The position numbers and the translations under genes were made by a program. Below the pieces are notes generated by a model. That model did not search any database. It was not told the origin of the DNA and saw only the letters and a list, made by a program, of their open reading frames with translations. DNA of 64,000 nucleotides from Lytechinus pictus (taxonomy: Eukaryota): NCBI RefSeq assembly GCF_037042905.1, contig NC_087251.1, positions 5,086,001 to 5,150,000 of the forward strand, given 5' to 3'. Positions 36,401 through 48,143 of the stretch are shown here, one piece after another. Position 1 is the stretch's first letter. Each line of letters opens with the position of its first letter.

Positions 36401-39400
36401 ATGAAACAAAGTTGCATTTCTCCCTGAACATGTAGAATTACCATTATTTTAACAGTTTATGGTTAAGTTGGTCCGTATTGTTAAATCTGTAAAAATTGAA
36501 ATATTGTATAATTCAAACAATAAAAAACAAAAGAAATAGTGAGTGATGGACATCATCGACTCTCTCATTTGCATATTGCTGAGTTGTGCATTTAACTGTT
36601 TTGTGAAATATAAGCGAAACTTAAAAATGTCATAACTTTCTTATTTTACATCCAATTTCGATGAAATTTGCAGCATTATGTTTGTTTGATTTTACTCTAT
36701 CGATTCAAATAAAAAAAATTCTGGGGTGGACTTGACCTTTAACTGTATTCACACCCTCAACTCCAACAATGAACTTGACATCACCCATTGTTTGCAATAT
36801 TGTTTATGTTTATTAACATTTTTTAATGTATAATGTTGGTAGATGATATGTGTTGAGCTGAGTGACGGAGCACCCAACCTGCTTATACCTACAATATCTG
36901 AGCCATTCATGGTATGTAGCATTATATGTTTAGAAGATTACTTGTGCCTTTTGAGTGCAGTGGAATAGTCATGATCAAAGTCAACCTTAAAGGGGTACTC
37001 TGAGGTGAAAATAATTGTATCTAAATAGTAAAATTCACCAAGTAAAATGCTTAAAATTTCATCAAAATCTGATATCAAATAATGAAGTTATTAATTTATA
37101 TTGTTTTCTGAAAAAAAGTTAAATGCAGGTCGTCATGAATATTCAGAAGATGGGCTGATGATATCACATCCCCACTTTCCTCTTTCTTGCGCTACTCTAA
37201 ATGCAGTTATTTTTGCGGGTTCTTGAATTCGCGCTGCTCACTCCATAATCACAAGGTCACTTCTTCCCATCTGTGGTTTTAATTAACATTTCCGCAACAA
37301 AATTGTATTTTCTGATCGTAATTCTAGCTCTAAAGCGGTGTAATTCAGCATTGTTTTGATCCAAACATGAGCTTTTGTAACATTTAGCGCAACTTTTCTT
37401 TGCGGGCAGACATCAGGGAATGCAAAACGGAGGCGCTGCTTGCCTGGTATGGAAGGCAGAGCATCGGTTAAGGACCGGGGGGATTATGGTTATTCAAAGT
37501 GCATGGGATCATTCAACAAACCTGGGCAATCGACAAGATGTTTTAAAAGCTAAAACAGAAACACTCACCAATCAAACAGCAAAAGCAACTAATATTTTAA
37601 GCAAAATCATAATTTTAAAATTTAAATACCGATCTGCGACTGTTAAATAAAATGATCGCATTGGAACAAATTCTCGCAATGCATATGATTTTGGCGTTCA
37701 ACCTTGGTTATATGTCGCCCTCTATAGGTCAATTATGCAGTCTCTTTGCCAAAAAGATCCACGCAATCAACCGGCGTTTCAAAACTTGCATTAAAATAGA
37801 TGCTCATAAATTCGCGCTTGTTGATATTGCCACGAAAAACGTGCAAATTTCCACACTGCTAAAATTTACAGTATTACATGAAATCATAAAGATGTCATAT
37901 TTTCATTCATGTGGGTATGGTATGTCTCCCTTTTAATAAAATAAGTTGCAACAGTGAATATCTCAGGCATTAAATTAGTTGTTAATCCAAGTTTTAAAAC
38001 TCTTGGAAGACAAAATTTGATTAAAATATAATTTGATATTGATCATGAAATACAAATGAACAAGTGGGGATATGACATCAGTTTCCTCATGGAATATATT
38101 TGAAGACCTGCATAGATCTATTTCACAGAAATAATGCAAAACTTTAAATTGTCATAACCTCGACATTTCTTGTCCCATTTTTATCAAATTTTCAGTGTTT
38201 CGTTTGTCTGATTTTTCTTTATCTATTCAAATCATATTGTTTTAGACTGGAGTACCCCTTTAATACTGTATATCTTTACATGTACATTGATTTTATGCAG
38301 AACCCAGAGTGAAATGGTAAATTTTGATTCAATGATCACCCTGTTCAATGGTGATACATGAATAAAAGAATAAATAAATTCCACATAAGGGAGGTGATTA
38401 ATAATGACTTCAATAGGACTTACGTTTAAGCATGAAATTTACATTTATGTCTAGTACCCAAGGGTCATCCAGGGTTAGCAATAATTACTAATACTCTGGG
38501 ATTCACCCTACTATCGTTTCATGTATATATTTAATATATATATTTTTTTGTCAATTTGTTTGTATTTGTTTTGTATCTGATGGTTAAAAGATCTATTTAA
38601 TTGAATTGAATACTATTAGTAGCAACTGTTCATGCTGACTCTGTCCGGTATGAGGGATTAATTATGGATTACCCCATACCTCTATTGTCCCCCAATGCCG
38701 CTTGCAGGCTGGAATGCTTTAATACTTTTTTAACTCTTTCCTTATAACAATGCAGACTGAACGACTGCACAAACTGTCCAGGAACACTCATGGTTCTAGC
38801 CCAGCAAGAGATCACTTTATATAGAAGCAAGAGATCACTTTATATAGAAGTAAAGAAAATGCTTATTTCAGAGTAGACTATAACATTGTACTATCTGCAC
38901 CCAGATCCACCAGGTTGAAAAATTTTACATTGTCATATTGAGTTTTCAGAAGCGTTAGAAGCAAAGATGGAAAGTTCAGCCAAATTTGGCTGTTGCACTC
39001 ATGTAACTATCCTCAAATACTCTCATTGAGATGGCAATGAAAGTCCACAACCAGCTACCTCTGAGGCACATGTTTCATTTTGTTTTGAATTGAATCTAGA
39101 ACCTGCTGATGGATCTTTTAGTTCATCCTGATGGTCCTCGTCTCAGGGATCGTATCAGCCATGGTGAGGTTGATCACCATGGTCTGCCTCAAGAACTAGC
39201 TTCAATTGCAATATGTACCTTACTTGCTTGCTCCACGAAGCTGGAAAAGTCATCTTTCGAAAAGTGCCAAGTGAGTTTACGTTTTGGATGTTTTGACAAA
39301 GGGTGTGAAAATTGAAAACATTTATACAATGGTGATTGTACAAAATTGCACATGAGGTGAAAGGGTAGGGGATGTCTTCAACAACACAAAGATAAGTTGA

Positions 39401-42251
39401 ATAGAACATCTATCATTCACCGAATGAAATATTGTTCCATCACTCTAATTAGTATACTGGCTATGTATCCTAAAGTTTGCATAATATAGGGCCAAATTTG
39501 TGGAAAATTATAGAAATCCAATTTTCAAAATATGCTGTACATGAACATTTAGTTCATATTTCAGTTGCTTTCTTTCCTTTGAAATGATCAGTTAAGTAGC
39601 ATTATATTTGCTTTTATCAGAATTTACTAATTTTCTGAGAAAGCTTGTTCAGGTTTGCAGCATCTCAAAATGTTGTTTCAACAGTAAATCTAAACATCAT
39701 TCATGCATGTTTTACATAGATCTACTCTGATAATCAAATCCATAGCATTTTTATTTTTTATTCATTTTCAAAACTATAGAAATTGTCTATTTTGGATCAA
39801 ATCCTAGACAGTGCCTCGTCCTACACCTCTGTCTTTCATCCTTTGGCTACCTGTAGACGTCTGGTCCGTTCTCTTGCTCCATGTCTTAGTGACTGGTCCT
39901 CCATGCCTAGACCAAGCCCTCAGGACCTGGACTACTCTCAATGGCAAACAGGACTTGTTGAATGTGACTCAGATGCGAGAACCAGAGACAAAGAACTGGT
40001 ACTGATTGTGCTGAGATATGACCAGTGTTTTAGCAAAGATGATGAAGACTTTATTGTAAATTGGTAAGAACTATAACTTTGTTAAAGAGCAGGTTCAGTA
40101 GTGAAAGAGTTGTTGCTTTAGATATTAAATACTTTTTAAGCTGGAAAAAAATTTAGTACACATATATACAGATTGTGAGGTTTATATGAGCAAATTTGCT
40201 TCAGATATTGTGAAAATATAAATATAGTAATTGATTTGTTTTGCTTGGTTACTGTTCCAAGAATCTCTGAGATTCCTTTTAAACAAGTGTAGAAAACACG
40301 GTGAACAGCTGTCGTTTTTCTGATCATTTAAAAAAGTGGAACAACATTTGATATCTTGCATTACTATTTCAATGGAAATCAGTCAATATGAGACTAATTT
40401 TGATATGTTCATGCTAATATCCTTTTGTTGAAATGACTCAATGTTATCTGTAATCGGCTCATGATTAGTGGTTGTGAAGGTGATGAGACAAACCATCCCT
40501 TTTAAGGTGATCTGGATGTGTCTAGCTATCTTTCCAAAGTGAAGCTGAGGAAAGATAACATATATCCAGAGCACTGAGGACAATTAATATTTGGGTCAAT
40601 AGCCTTAGTCAACCCATGATGATGATATGCTTGTATAGCCTAAGTTGCCCCATCATGGTTAATGTATTCCCCAAATCCATCTATTGTTTACTCACTAACA
40701 TTCTTAGCATTCCATATTGTATTCAGGATGTACTTTTCATCCTTTTTCAAATGGTAATCGGTAATTTAAATTCTTAAAATGTGATGGAGCTTTCAAAATC
40801 ACTGTTTTTCCAACAAACTGGCAAAATTGTATTATTTCGACAATTTCTTTTTATTTTTGGTGTATGAATTATAAACAAAATGCAGAAGTGGATAAAAAAT
40901 TCCCCTAGCACTGTTGTCAGTTATTAAATGAAGAAAAGCTGATAAAATAAGGCCTCAATCAATACTTTGTCCCAAAAGGCCTTGCATTTGTATAAGTGTG
41001 TCCTGATTTAATGATTTACACTATGCAAAACAACATAACTGATGATTATACCCAATGCAGTGTATTTCTCTAACAATAATTCATTCTCTAATTTGCCCCA
41101 TTGTATAAGGTTCATTGTTTGTATTTCATTATGTTTTATAAAGCGGGCCTCTGACATTCTTGAAGCCAAATTTAAAACAAGGATGAAGTCCTTGTTTGAC
41201 TAAAACTTTGACTGAGTATTTTTAATGAGTCACATTGTCTATAATCATCAGCAAAATATGTTTATTTGGTGATTGCATTTTGTTATATTATGATTCCTAA
41301 TGTATCGTGTACCTAAAATAGAATCTAAAATAATTGTTTTTACGCATGATGTCCATTCTCACATTGTTTTGAGGAAAAAACAAAATAAAGAACTTAGAAG
41401 GTAAATTGTGAGATTTTCACAATAAGACTGTCATCAAACATGTGCAGAAATGGTTCATTTGAGATTAAACCCACTGACATGCAATCTGGTAGAGTCTTGC
41501 CAGATACAGCAACAATCAATTTATGTGATTCAAAGCATTCTTGCTCATTAATTATGAAAACAAACAGGCTAATTGAATAATTTGTCTCTAGGATGCTTGT
41601 AATGAAAGTAGCTGAAACATTAATACATATGCAAAAAATATATTGCCAAGTTTTGATCATGAAAAATTGATCTGCATCAAATGGCTAAGTGGGCTTGTGA
41701 CATCATTTAAGCTAATTATATTTCACATAGTCTCATTGACTGTTTCATGAACTGAAGTTAATGCTTATAAAGAAATATATATACTCTATTCATTCAAATA
41801 ATCTTGACAGTTGATCCTGGGGATGGCATAGCATTTAAGGAATAACAAGTGAATAGTTAAAAAATGCAATTTAACAAAAGAGTGAGGGGAAAAATACTGA
41901 TTTGGTTTGAAGTGCTGCTTAAATAGCCATGTAAGCATGTACTGTACTCTAATCTTTTGTTGGGGTAAAAGAAGATTGAAATTTAATGTTTAAATGTTTT
42001 TTCTTTCTCAGTGTCATCAACCCTTTCCTTTCCATGGATCCTCTTGCACATCATATTGATAGTCTCAATCTTCAGACCTTATTTAGACCTCGTAAGGAGC
42101 TAGAGAGGACAAGTCTTCTGCAGCGCATTGCAGTTGAATGTCTGAAGGTCAATGATCAGATACAGTGTTTAGCAACCACAAGATTTAGCCAATGGCAGAG
42201 CAAAGAACTCAGATCCCGACAGAGATCAAACTATCAACGTTTTCTGAACAG
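9943..42251 (+). CDS. ERMARD: ER membrane-associated RNA degradation protein (C6orf70, DUF4209/HEPN-type); spliced, 13 coding exons, 3'-incomplete
   Basis: Exons 9943-10144, 10869-11017, 11460-11561, 17337-17426, 17684-17781, 18126-18265, 20709-20811, 28498-28600, 35540-35569, 36843-36911, 39100-39270, 39780-40063 and 42012-42251 join with GT-AG ends and matching phases (1781 nt, no stop). The peptides [74 protein letters not shown] and LRSRQRSNY match vertebrate ERMARD as I recall it. Confidence 0.93.
10869..11017 (+). CDS. ERMARD: ERMARD coding exon 2 (DSWETKK...WFEWTGSPE)
   Basis: cttttcag| ... |gtaagt; phase 1 to 0. Confidence 0.9.
11460..11561 (+). CDS. ERMARD: ERMARD coding exon 3 (VFLEGL...LERALGD)
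   Basis: tgtag| ... |gtgagt; 102 nt. Confidence 0.9.
11873..12030. mobile_element. Small MITE-like inverted repeat
   Basis: GGTGTTTCATATAGCTGTT ... AACAGCTTTATGAAACACC. Confidence 0.5.
13350..15069 (+). mobile_element. Helentron/HINE-type non-autonomous element with an internal ~160-180-bp tandem array
   Basis: Starts TTTTAGCTCATCCGGC with a 5' stem and a (CCGT/CTGT) microsatellite, followed by ~9 degenerate units. Ends with sub-terminal IR GCCGGATGAGCT and hairpin CACATCATTGATGTG. Confidence 0.75.
15108..17256 (-). mobile_element. Crypton-type (tyrosine recombinase, DUF3504-like) DNA transposon, decayed
   Basis: ~150-bp terminal palindrome at 15110-15265. The right end 17085-17256 is shared with 61565-61776. 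Fragmented YR ORF inside. Confidence 0.8.
15515..16981 (-). pseudogene. Crypton tyrosine recombinase pseudogene
   Basis: Fragments [88 protein letters not shown] and a C-terminal NNCNVKIN; multiple stops and frameshifts. Confidence 0.82.
17337..17426 (+). CDS. ERMARD: ERMARD coding exon 4 ([17 protein letters not shown]...)
   Basis: ttgcag| ... |gtgagt; 90 nt. Confidence 0.9.
17684..17781 (+). CDS. ERMARD: ERMARD coding exon 5 (contains [10 protein letters not shown])
   Basis: ttttcag| ... AG|gtaaac; carries the first RX4H motif. Confidence 0.92.
18126..18265 (+). CDS. ERMARD: ERMARD coding exon 6 ([13 protein letters not shown]...FP)
   Basis: tttag| ... G|gtaaga; phase 2 to 1. Confidence 0.88.
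18335..18446. repeat. (TA)n microsatellite, duplicated with its leader ACAAACATGAA
   Basis: Direct reading. Confidence 0.85.
19815..20006. repeat. Minisatellite built from CAACTCTTT(G/A)CA / ATATTT motifs
   Basis: Direct reading; the motif equals the reverse complement of the adjacent MITE TIR. Confidence 0.8.
20022..20292. mobile_element. Harbinger-like MITE
   Basis: ~50-bp TIR GGGCCCGTCTTACAAAGAGTTGCAATTGATCCAATC / GATTGGATCAATTGTAACCCTTTGTAAGACGGG. Confidence 0.65.
20709..20811 (+). CDS. ERMARD: ERMARD coding exon 7 (DHLNSL...[12 protein letters not shown])
   Basis: tttccag| ... AG|gtaagc; phase 1 to 2. Confidence 0.85.
21360..21480. repeat. Degenerate (ATT)n microsatellite
   Basis: Direct reading. 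Confidence 0.75.
21668..22422. mobile_element. PIF/Harbinger-like MITE inserted into the DIRS 3' repeat
   Basis: CAG TSD; TIR GGGCGGAATTCTGAACATTGTC / GACAGTGTTCCAGAATACCACCC. Removing it restores GGGGGCAACCAGGTCACGTGACC, which matches the repeat unit at ~22743-22764. Confidence 0.75.
22425..22790. repeat. ~165-180-bp tandem repeats (~2.3 units) at the 3' end of the DIRS-like element
   Basis: GGTCAC.TG.CCTGC..GGAAGGAA...CCAGGACAGGTATTTCC...TGTGAAATCTTG.AGGGGGAACC repeated. Confidence 0.75.
22884..23489 (-). pseudogene. SGNH/GDSL hydrolase of the DIRS/Ngaro element
   Basis: [18 protein letters not shown] (block I), [12 protein letters not shown] (degenerate block III), YQDGVHLS (block V DxxH); stops near 23315-23335. 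Confidence 0.82.
23905..24819 (-). pseudogene. DIRS tyrosine recombinase, frameshifted
   Basis: [31 protein letters not shown] and [14 protein letters not shown] motifs. Confidence 0.88.
24801..26430 (-). pseudogene. DIRS reverse transcriptase/RNase H; internally deleted and SINE-interrupted
   Basis: [57 protein letters not shown] and NDIAD motifs. Confidence 0.88.
25809..26091 (+). mobile_element. tRNA-derived SINE inserted in the DIRS RT
   Basis: Box A TGGTCTAGTGG (25821), box B GAGTTCGAATCC (25864), TTC anticodon-like loop, (ATT)n tail, and TSD TATTAACC (25797-25804 / 26092-26099). Confidence 0.85.
26500..27000 (-). pseudogene. DIRS gag-like ORF remnant with zinc finger
   Basis: [10 protein letters not shown]-terminus. 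A different frame gives [35 protein letters not shown] (CCCH+CCHC-type). The middle of gag appears to be missing. Confidence 0.7.
28498..28600 (+). CDS. ERMARD: ERMARD coding exon 8 ([13 protein letters not shown]...CPERVLTAE)
   Basis: ttttcag| ... GAG|gtatat; phase 2 to 0. Confidence 0.9.
28657..29293. mobile_element. MITE-like element with a nested ~125-bp palindrome (28953-29078)
   Basis: AAAATTGTGTGCTTGTCCTC / GAGGACAGCCATACAATTTT; inner TAGTCCCACA..AGACTTT / AAAGTCT..TGTGGGACTA. Confidence 0.5.
29731..30327. mobile_element. MITE with CATTCCACAGA termini and internal AAAGAC/GTCTTT motifs
   Basis: ACCCCCATTCCACAGAGAG / CTTTCTGTGGAATGTGGGT inverted ends. Confidence 0.55.
30551..30673. mobile_element. 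Tiny Harbinger-like MITE
   Basis: ACCCGTTCCATAAAACTTTTTGCCATAAAA / TTTTATGGCAAAAGTTTTATGCAACGGGT, flanked by CAG/CTG. Confidence 0.55.
31007..31415 (+). repeat. ~190-bp tandem duplication ending in a HINE 3' terminus
   Basis: Two copies (~31007-31193 and ~31198-31384). The tail ACTGTCAGAGGCCTTCCACTTGTTTT resembles 50880-50906. Confidence 0.7.
32130..32730 (+). mobile_element. Old CR1/L2-type LINE ORF2 C-terminal remnant
   Basis: Degenerate translation [51 protein letters not shown]. Confidence 0.65.
33039..34317. mobile_element. hAT-like non-autonomous element
   Basis: TIR TAGTGCTGTTATCG / CGATAACAGCACTA; 8-bp TSD AAAAACAT / AAAAATAT with one mismatch. Confidence 0.68.
35540..35569 (+). 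CDS. ERMARD: ERMARD coding exon 9, 30-nt micro-exon ([10 protein letters not shown])
   Basis: ttctttcag| ... GAG|gtgagt; matches vertebrate STALYTTFDQ as recalled. Confidence 0.88.
36140..36738. mobile_element. Kolobok-like MITE, full length
   Basis: TTAA TSD; same family as 7578-8177. Confidence 0.82.
36843..36911 (+). CDS. ERMARD: ERMARD coding exon 10 ([23 protein letters not shown])
   Basis: ggtag| ... ATG|gtatgt; 69 nt; aligns with recalled [23 protein letters not shown]. Confidence 0.82.
36991..38259. mobile_element. Kolobok-like non-autonomous element with a nested insert (~37193-37873)
   Basis: TTAA|AGGGGTACTC ... GAGTACCCCT|TTAA; the inner segment is bounded by TACTCTAAAT / ATTTACAGTA. 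Confidence 0.68.
39100..39270 (+). CDS. ERMARD: ERMARD coding exon 11 (contains [12 protein letters not shown])
   Basis: tctag| ... CAA|gtgagt; 171 nt; carries the second RX4H motif. Confidence 0.92.
39780..40063 (+). CDS. ERMARD: ERMARD coding exon 12 (KLSILDQ..YTSVFHP..)
   Basis: ctatag| ... TG|gtaaga; phase 0 to 2. Confidence 0.85.
42012..42251 (+). CDS. ERMARD: ERMARD coding exon 13 (..[24 protein letters not shown])
   Basis: tttctcag| ... AG|gtaaga; 240 nt. Confidence 0.9.
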
Positions 42252-45200
42252 GTAAGAGTTTACCATCAACCACTTGGAAGGCTTATATCCACTTGGTCCA
42301 CTTTTCACATAGTTTTATACCACTTTGGCTTATCTCATTTGATCTTCTATCAATTCTGTCCATTTGCAGCTTGACCTACAAAACACTTGGTCTGATACCC
42401 TCTTTTTTATTCTTAATTATTTTGCACATTGTCAAATTAAAAATTTGTATATTGTTCATCTTGTCATATGGTATGAGACCAATTGAATATTACCATATAT
42501 AGCCTAACTGGATAATAAACAAAATAGTGAATGGGCTTGGACCAAATACTTAGTATCTAAATTGGTTGTAGACGAATTAGGATTAGACTAAGTGGGAGGG
42601 AACCAACTGGAAAGTAGATAAAGGTGTTAGCTAAGTAACATTTACCTTTTAAAATGGCATCATTGGAATATCACAGTGATATATATCAGTTTCGATAAAT
42701 GTCTTCAGAACTTGTCATATCATAGTTTTTTTTCTGAAGAGACAAGTTACCTTCCGGGTATATGTAAATAATGATAATGATGATACATAGCATTTAAGGC
42801 ACGCCATCTATCTAATTATACCTATTCAGAGATGCAGGGGAAATTATCACAGACAAGGGAATTACTTAAAATATGATTTGCAACAGGATACGAATTGTGT
42901 AGTAAAAAACCTTTGTGTAGAAAAGATGTGCAACTGTGTTCTTAAGAAACAGAGTAGTTATTAAAATGGATGGACACAATACAGTAACCACAATTGAACC
43001 CGGAAACTTCAATTTACCCATGGATATCAAATTTCTTTTCTATTTGTGTGAACAATTGCAATACAGCATCTATGGTTTGGAGATTGGAGTACTAAGGAAG
43101 GGTTGGTCTAGGCCTAGGGTTTCATGTTGCAAGCCAGAGGAAATCATCTTCTTCCTCTAAAACGTTGGGCTTCATTGCATGGCTGCCTATTGACCTTGAT
43201 TGAAGAGTGAAGGCGGAGTGATGTAGGAGGAGGTTTAAATCAAGGGGGAAGGATTGGGAGGAGGTAGGAGAGAGACTTGTGCGTACCCCTATGTCTGTGA
43301 ATTGGGGGAGGGAGGCTTTTCTTTGATCACAGAGTTGATGCCATAAATATGGATTTTTATTTTCCTTTTTTCTTGTTTCTGTGAATTGGATTCATTTGTG
43401 TTGATATTTATGGGGTGTGACTGCTTATGACCTTGTCTAAGGAGTGGAAGTATAGTAATGTGCTGGATTTTTAAAAGAGAATAGATAGCTAGGGGGTGGG
43501 GGCTTGCACCTGATCTGTAAGTAGGGTGCCATTCATAAATATGGATTTTCATTTAAGTTTTGCTTCCTTAAGACTTTGTTTACAGAGTAAAGGTGGAGTG
43601 ACAGTTGAATTTTTGTACTAGGAAGGGTGGTTCATTGAGGAAGAAAATTGGAATAGATATAACATTTCTTGACTACTAAAAGTCTCTGATATATTGATAC
43701 TTTCTTCTGTTGCTCAGTGCAAAAAACCATTATCTTTTACATTATGTCTTGTTGCCTTGGCATTTAGAATGTTGATATATTAAGGCAGCTGAAAATAAGA
43801 AATCCCTGCAGCCTTAACATTAAAAGACTGTTTACAGCAAAAACATAATTCATTGATTTGAAATTGACAGTAGATGTTTTCTGTTTTTATTATCGGTTTG
43901 ATATTTTTGCTCACTTTTGATATCACGGTGATAATAATAATAATAATAATGATAATAATAAAAAAAAAATAATAATGCATTTCATTTATATAGTGTCTTT
44001 TCATACGATACAAAGCAGTGCCATAAGACTAGTAAATTACTATGACAATGTTGTAACCATGGTTACATATTTGATTATGAGATACAGATAAATCCTCAAT
44101 ACTTGGCAGATCTAAAAAGAACTTTCCCAGAGGATATAAATCCATCAAAACATATTGGATTTGATGTTTTATGTCTATTTTTATTGCCTGGAAGCCCAGT
44201 ATATTGCAAAGCTTCTTACTGGTCCCACCATCATTATTAGAATGAATTGGTATGTTCAGGCTTTGCAAAGTTTAGAAAGCAAGAATATACAAACATGCAG
44301 TGATCAGCAAAACGATGCAGATACAATGAAAGGAAAAAAGTGGGTCTTATACTAAATATAAGTAGCAGTGAGTTTTTAGTGATTGAGGTCTTTTCATTTA
44401 TTTACTCATGAATTTTCCTTTCTAGAGATTACACTGATATATTTATTATATTTGGGTCAGAATGATTCAGAAATCTCCATAACTGACAAAGAAATTATGG
44501 TGGGCAAATCTATTTCAGGATAAAATGATGCATCAATTTTACCCTGTCTGTAGCACTTGCCTCCTGTGTCATGCATGTAACATATATGTGCATCTGTTTT
44601 CCTTCCTCCTCCAAATCTTCTTGATGGTGCCTCTTTTTGAGTAGGAAGAAAATTGAATACTTCCAGATCAACTTGATAAAGTATCCCTGTGGATTCGATA
44701 CTTTTTGAAGTATACATGGAAATGGGATGATTTTAGGCTACTTACATAGACAAGTTGCGTGACTGCTTAGATTTGCAGTCATTATGCTACAAGTGGGCTA
44801 GTTTAAAGGGACAGATTGTTTCATCAATTGTATCTGATGTGTATCGTAGTAAATAACTGAGCTCTAAGGTTAGATTACTGAACTCAGTCATCCTCACAGG
44901 CTTTATGTACAGTATATAATATACTCGGTTTTAGATAGCAGGAGGTAAAAAAAAATCCACTGATGTGAGTAATGAAAAAAAAAGATCTTAATGCTGAAAT
45001 ATACTCTTGGTATTGGATGCTTGAATTCCTAGTATTAAATAATTACTCTTATCATGGGACAAGCGAAAATTAATTTGCATGAGAACAGGAGTTGGTGGCC
45101 ATTGGAGCCATTGAAATGGCCAAGATTAATGAATTGGGTAATCAATTGACATGAAAAACAATCAATTGATAGATAATAATTGTTAATTAAGAAGTATAAT

Positions 45201-45940
45201 CATTCAATTTATCAAGTTTGAAACAAAAAAAAAATGATTGATATCTGTCTTCGAATTTCGATTTCAACCGTAAATATTAGCCTATAATTTTTTTAATTTT
45301 ATACTCCAGGGTTTTGCTAATGCCATATGAAATTAGAGAAAAACATATTTACTGACATTTTGATTATTCATGTTAGTCTCTCCAAGAACCTTTTGATTAT
45401 TCATTAAGCCAATCATGATAATGAACATTTATCAAAAACATTTTCAATGTTATAACCACTGTCAACCACAAACATTCATATTAAGTTTGGAACAAATAAA
45501 GCACATTTCTTTAAAAATGGAACTAGGAGATGTAAGTGTAAACATGTTTTTATCCAAAGTGGAACAAATAACCTTATTGTCCTTGTTAACAAACAATGCA
45601 ATTTCTAATTCACTGATAATTGCCTGGTGCAAGGAATTATTGTTTGTGTAACTGCTGTCATGCTATGCTATTTCATTCAAGTTCTCATATATTACTGGTA
45701 TTTGCTTGATAGGTAAAAAAGTCTTGATTTCTTTTAAAAATGATTGATAGTTTGTTTTGCAGTACATAATTTATCACTAAATTTGGAAAGAAATTGGAAC
45801 TGTTGTCGCTAAACCAAGACATTATTTGTTTAACATATTTGTCTTAATTTTTCTTTCAACTTTAAATTCCCAAATGATGCAGTCTACTATCTTGCTGTAC
45901 ATACGTGCAACCACATGCTTTCATACCACTTCTAAATGCT

Positions 45941-46310
45941 GAGTCCACTGGACCATGGCCAGTTTGCGGCAGTTCATACCATTACAAAATGGCTTTAGCA
46001 CCTAGTGTCACCAAAAAGGTGTCTAATGGCATGTTGTGGCTCAAACTGCCTCCCAACTGGCATGTGGTGGTGCCAGAAATATTATTTGGCACGACAAAAA
46101 ACAAAAAAATTCAAAATGTTTGAAATTTTCGTCCAGCTAAATTCAATTTTGATGCCGTTCGTCGCACCAAATCCAATTTTTGTCGTAGTTACGCGCCACT
46201 ACATTGAGAGGCAATTTGAACCTCTAGGCACCTTTGTTGGTGACACTTGGCGCCACTTTGCATCAATGGCCCAACTGGTACGTGCAAACTGGCAACAGTC
46301 CAATGGACTC
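45941..46310. mobile_element. MITE
   Basis: TIR GAGTCCACTGGACCATGGCCAGTTTGC / GCAAACTGGCAACAGTCCAATGGACTC. Confidence 0.6.
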
Positions 46311-48143
46311 CTAACATAACCAGAATAATCCTTTGGTCAAATGATTCCCTCAATCAAATATTCTCACAATCTCTCTTTACATTTTACCTTTAAAACAATG
46401 AGCGAATAAGCATGAGATTGATATTACGAGATTTTGCAAGATGTGACAGAAAGACGCTGTATTCAACGAGGCGCAACTGTTCTGCAGCAGCAATGCACAT
46501 TTAGCCAGTAAGCCCTAAGCGTATCGCACCTGCATTTATTTACAATGAATTGAATGATATTATGATGTCCAGACCGTGCAACATTACTATTTTGGACGCC
46601 ACGTGCGGCAACAGTATGAATGTTTGACATTGAGCCTCCCATTCGCTTGCATACAGCAAACTATAAAGTAGGCGTTGTATAACATCCTTAACCGAATCAA
46701 TTGCTCTAGAAACACTTTAATTTTGCCTTTTAGAGATTCAGAAACATACTCTTTTTTTGAACAGCAGTAAATCTGAGTGGAAATGATGAAATAAACTTAT
46801 GGGGTCATGGGGTCAAAGTTGAGATGATAGAGCTACTTTGTTGCATAGCTATATTTCAATGAAGATGACCTTTATATATTTTAATTTCCCAAAAGGCTGT
46901 TCCCTTAAGGGCAGACTCATCCTTCTGATTTGTAATGCTTAGTCTTTTGGTGCTTTTATAGTGCACGATGTATTCAGTCTACAATATAAAGACAAAAAGT
47001 GGGAGCCATGTGAGAGACAGTCATAATATATGTTGGTATTTCTATATTTCTATAAGTATCCTTCATTAATTATCTAAGTAATAATATCCTTGAAAATGAA
47101 TTTCATAACACTAATATTCCCCAACAAATATTAATTTATTATTAAACATGACTTATTATTACTCTCTGGATGACATTGTAACCCATTCTATTTTTCTTGA
47201 TTAGTGTATGCCATGAAGACAATAATACATAGCATACTGAGTCTCATTGTTTTGAAAATACTTTTTTAATGAATTATCATTTGGTTGTCTCATATCAAAG
47301 TCACACCAACATAACTGACTCAAAACCAATGATGGTTTGGCATTCAAAGTAGATAAATAAGTCAGTGTCATTGTGTGACTATAGCATAGGTTTGATGAGC
47401 ATGATGAGAACTATTCATCTCAATAAGTTTAAGATGTCATACATACATACTAGTATAAGTTTTAATTATCAAAATCACAATCACCATCAAATTAAATATT
47501 AAACGGTCATACAAACATTCAGGGTTGGTTTTCATTAATTAGCCAATGAAGGTCACTAATTAATCTCCATCCCTAATATAGTTTATTTGTATTTCTTTTA
47601 GAAATGTATGTACATGCAGTTATTTCCAGAAATGCCTGGGATATAACCAAGGATGACATGTATTCTTCAACTGCCTTTGTTTCCTTTACCAGGCTAGGAT
47701 AAATCTATATCTATACTGAGGCCATTTTTTCACTTCAACTTTGTATTCATGAGTCATAGAATGAGATATAGAGGAAGTAATTGCAGCAAGTATTTCATGA
47801 TACGCTAGGTAAACTGTAATCCACATGACGTCAATACGAGATTCACTTAATAGAAGTATCCGTTTGTTGTGTCCTTTGCTTTGCATGTTTGGAAAATAAA
47901 AGTTTTTTTGAAGCTGTGCTAAGTGGAGCAACACTTTTGCAATGTTGATCTGTTTTTTATTACTCTGCCTGAACGTTAAATCTGCTTTTAGGCAAAATGC
48001 TGCATTGTAGATTTTTGTGGCATGTTCTGTGGACCCATAACCACTTTTTGATATTGGTATCATAGTCTTGGATCAGATCAGATTGAATGCATTCTAAAGT
48101 TTCAGCATGACCAACTCAGACAAGTTCTTTGTGACCTTGGCTC

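Noticed and set aside
46390..46690. Third Crypton-like element (TATTCAACGAGGCG half-hairpin)
   Set aside because: Only half a palindrome and no matching end in the window; too weak to call.
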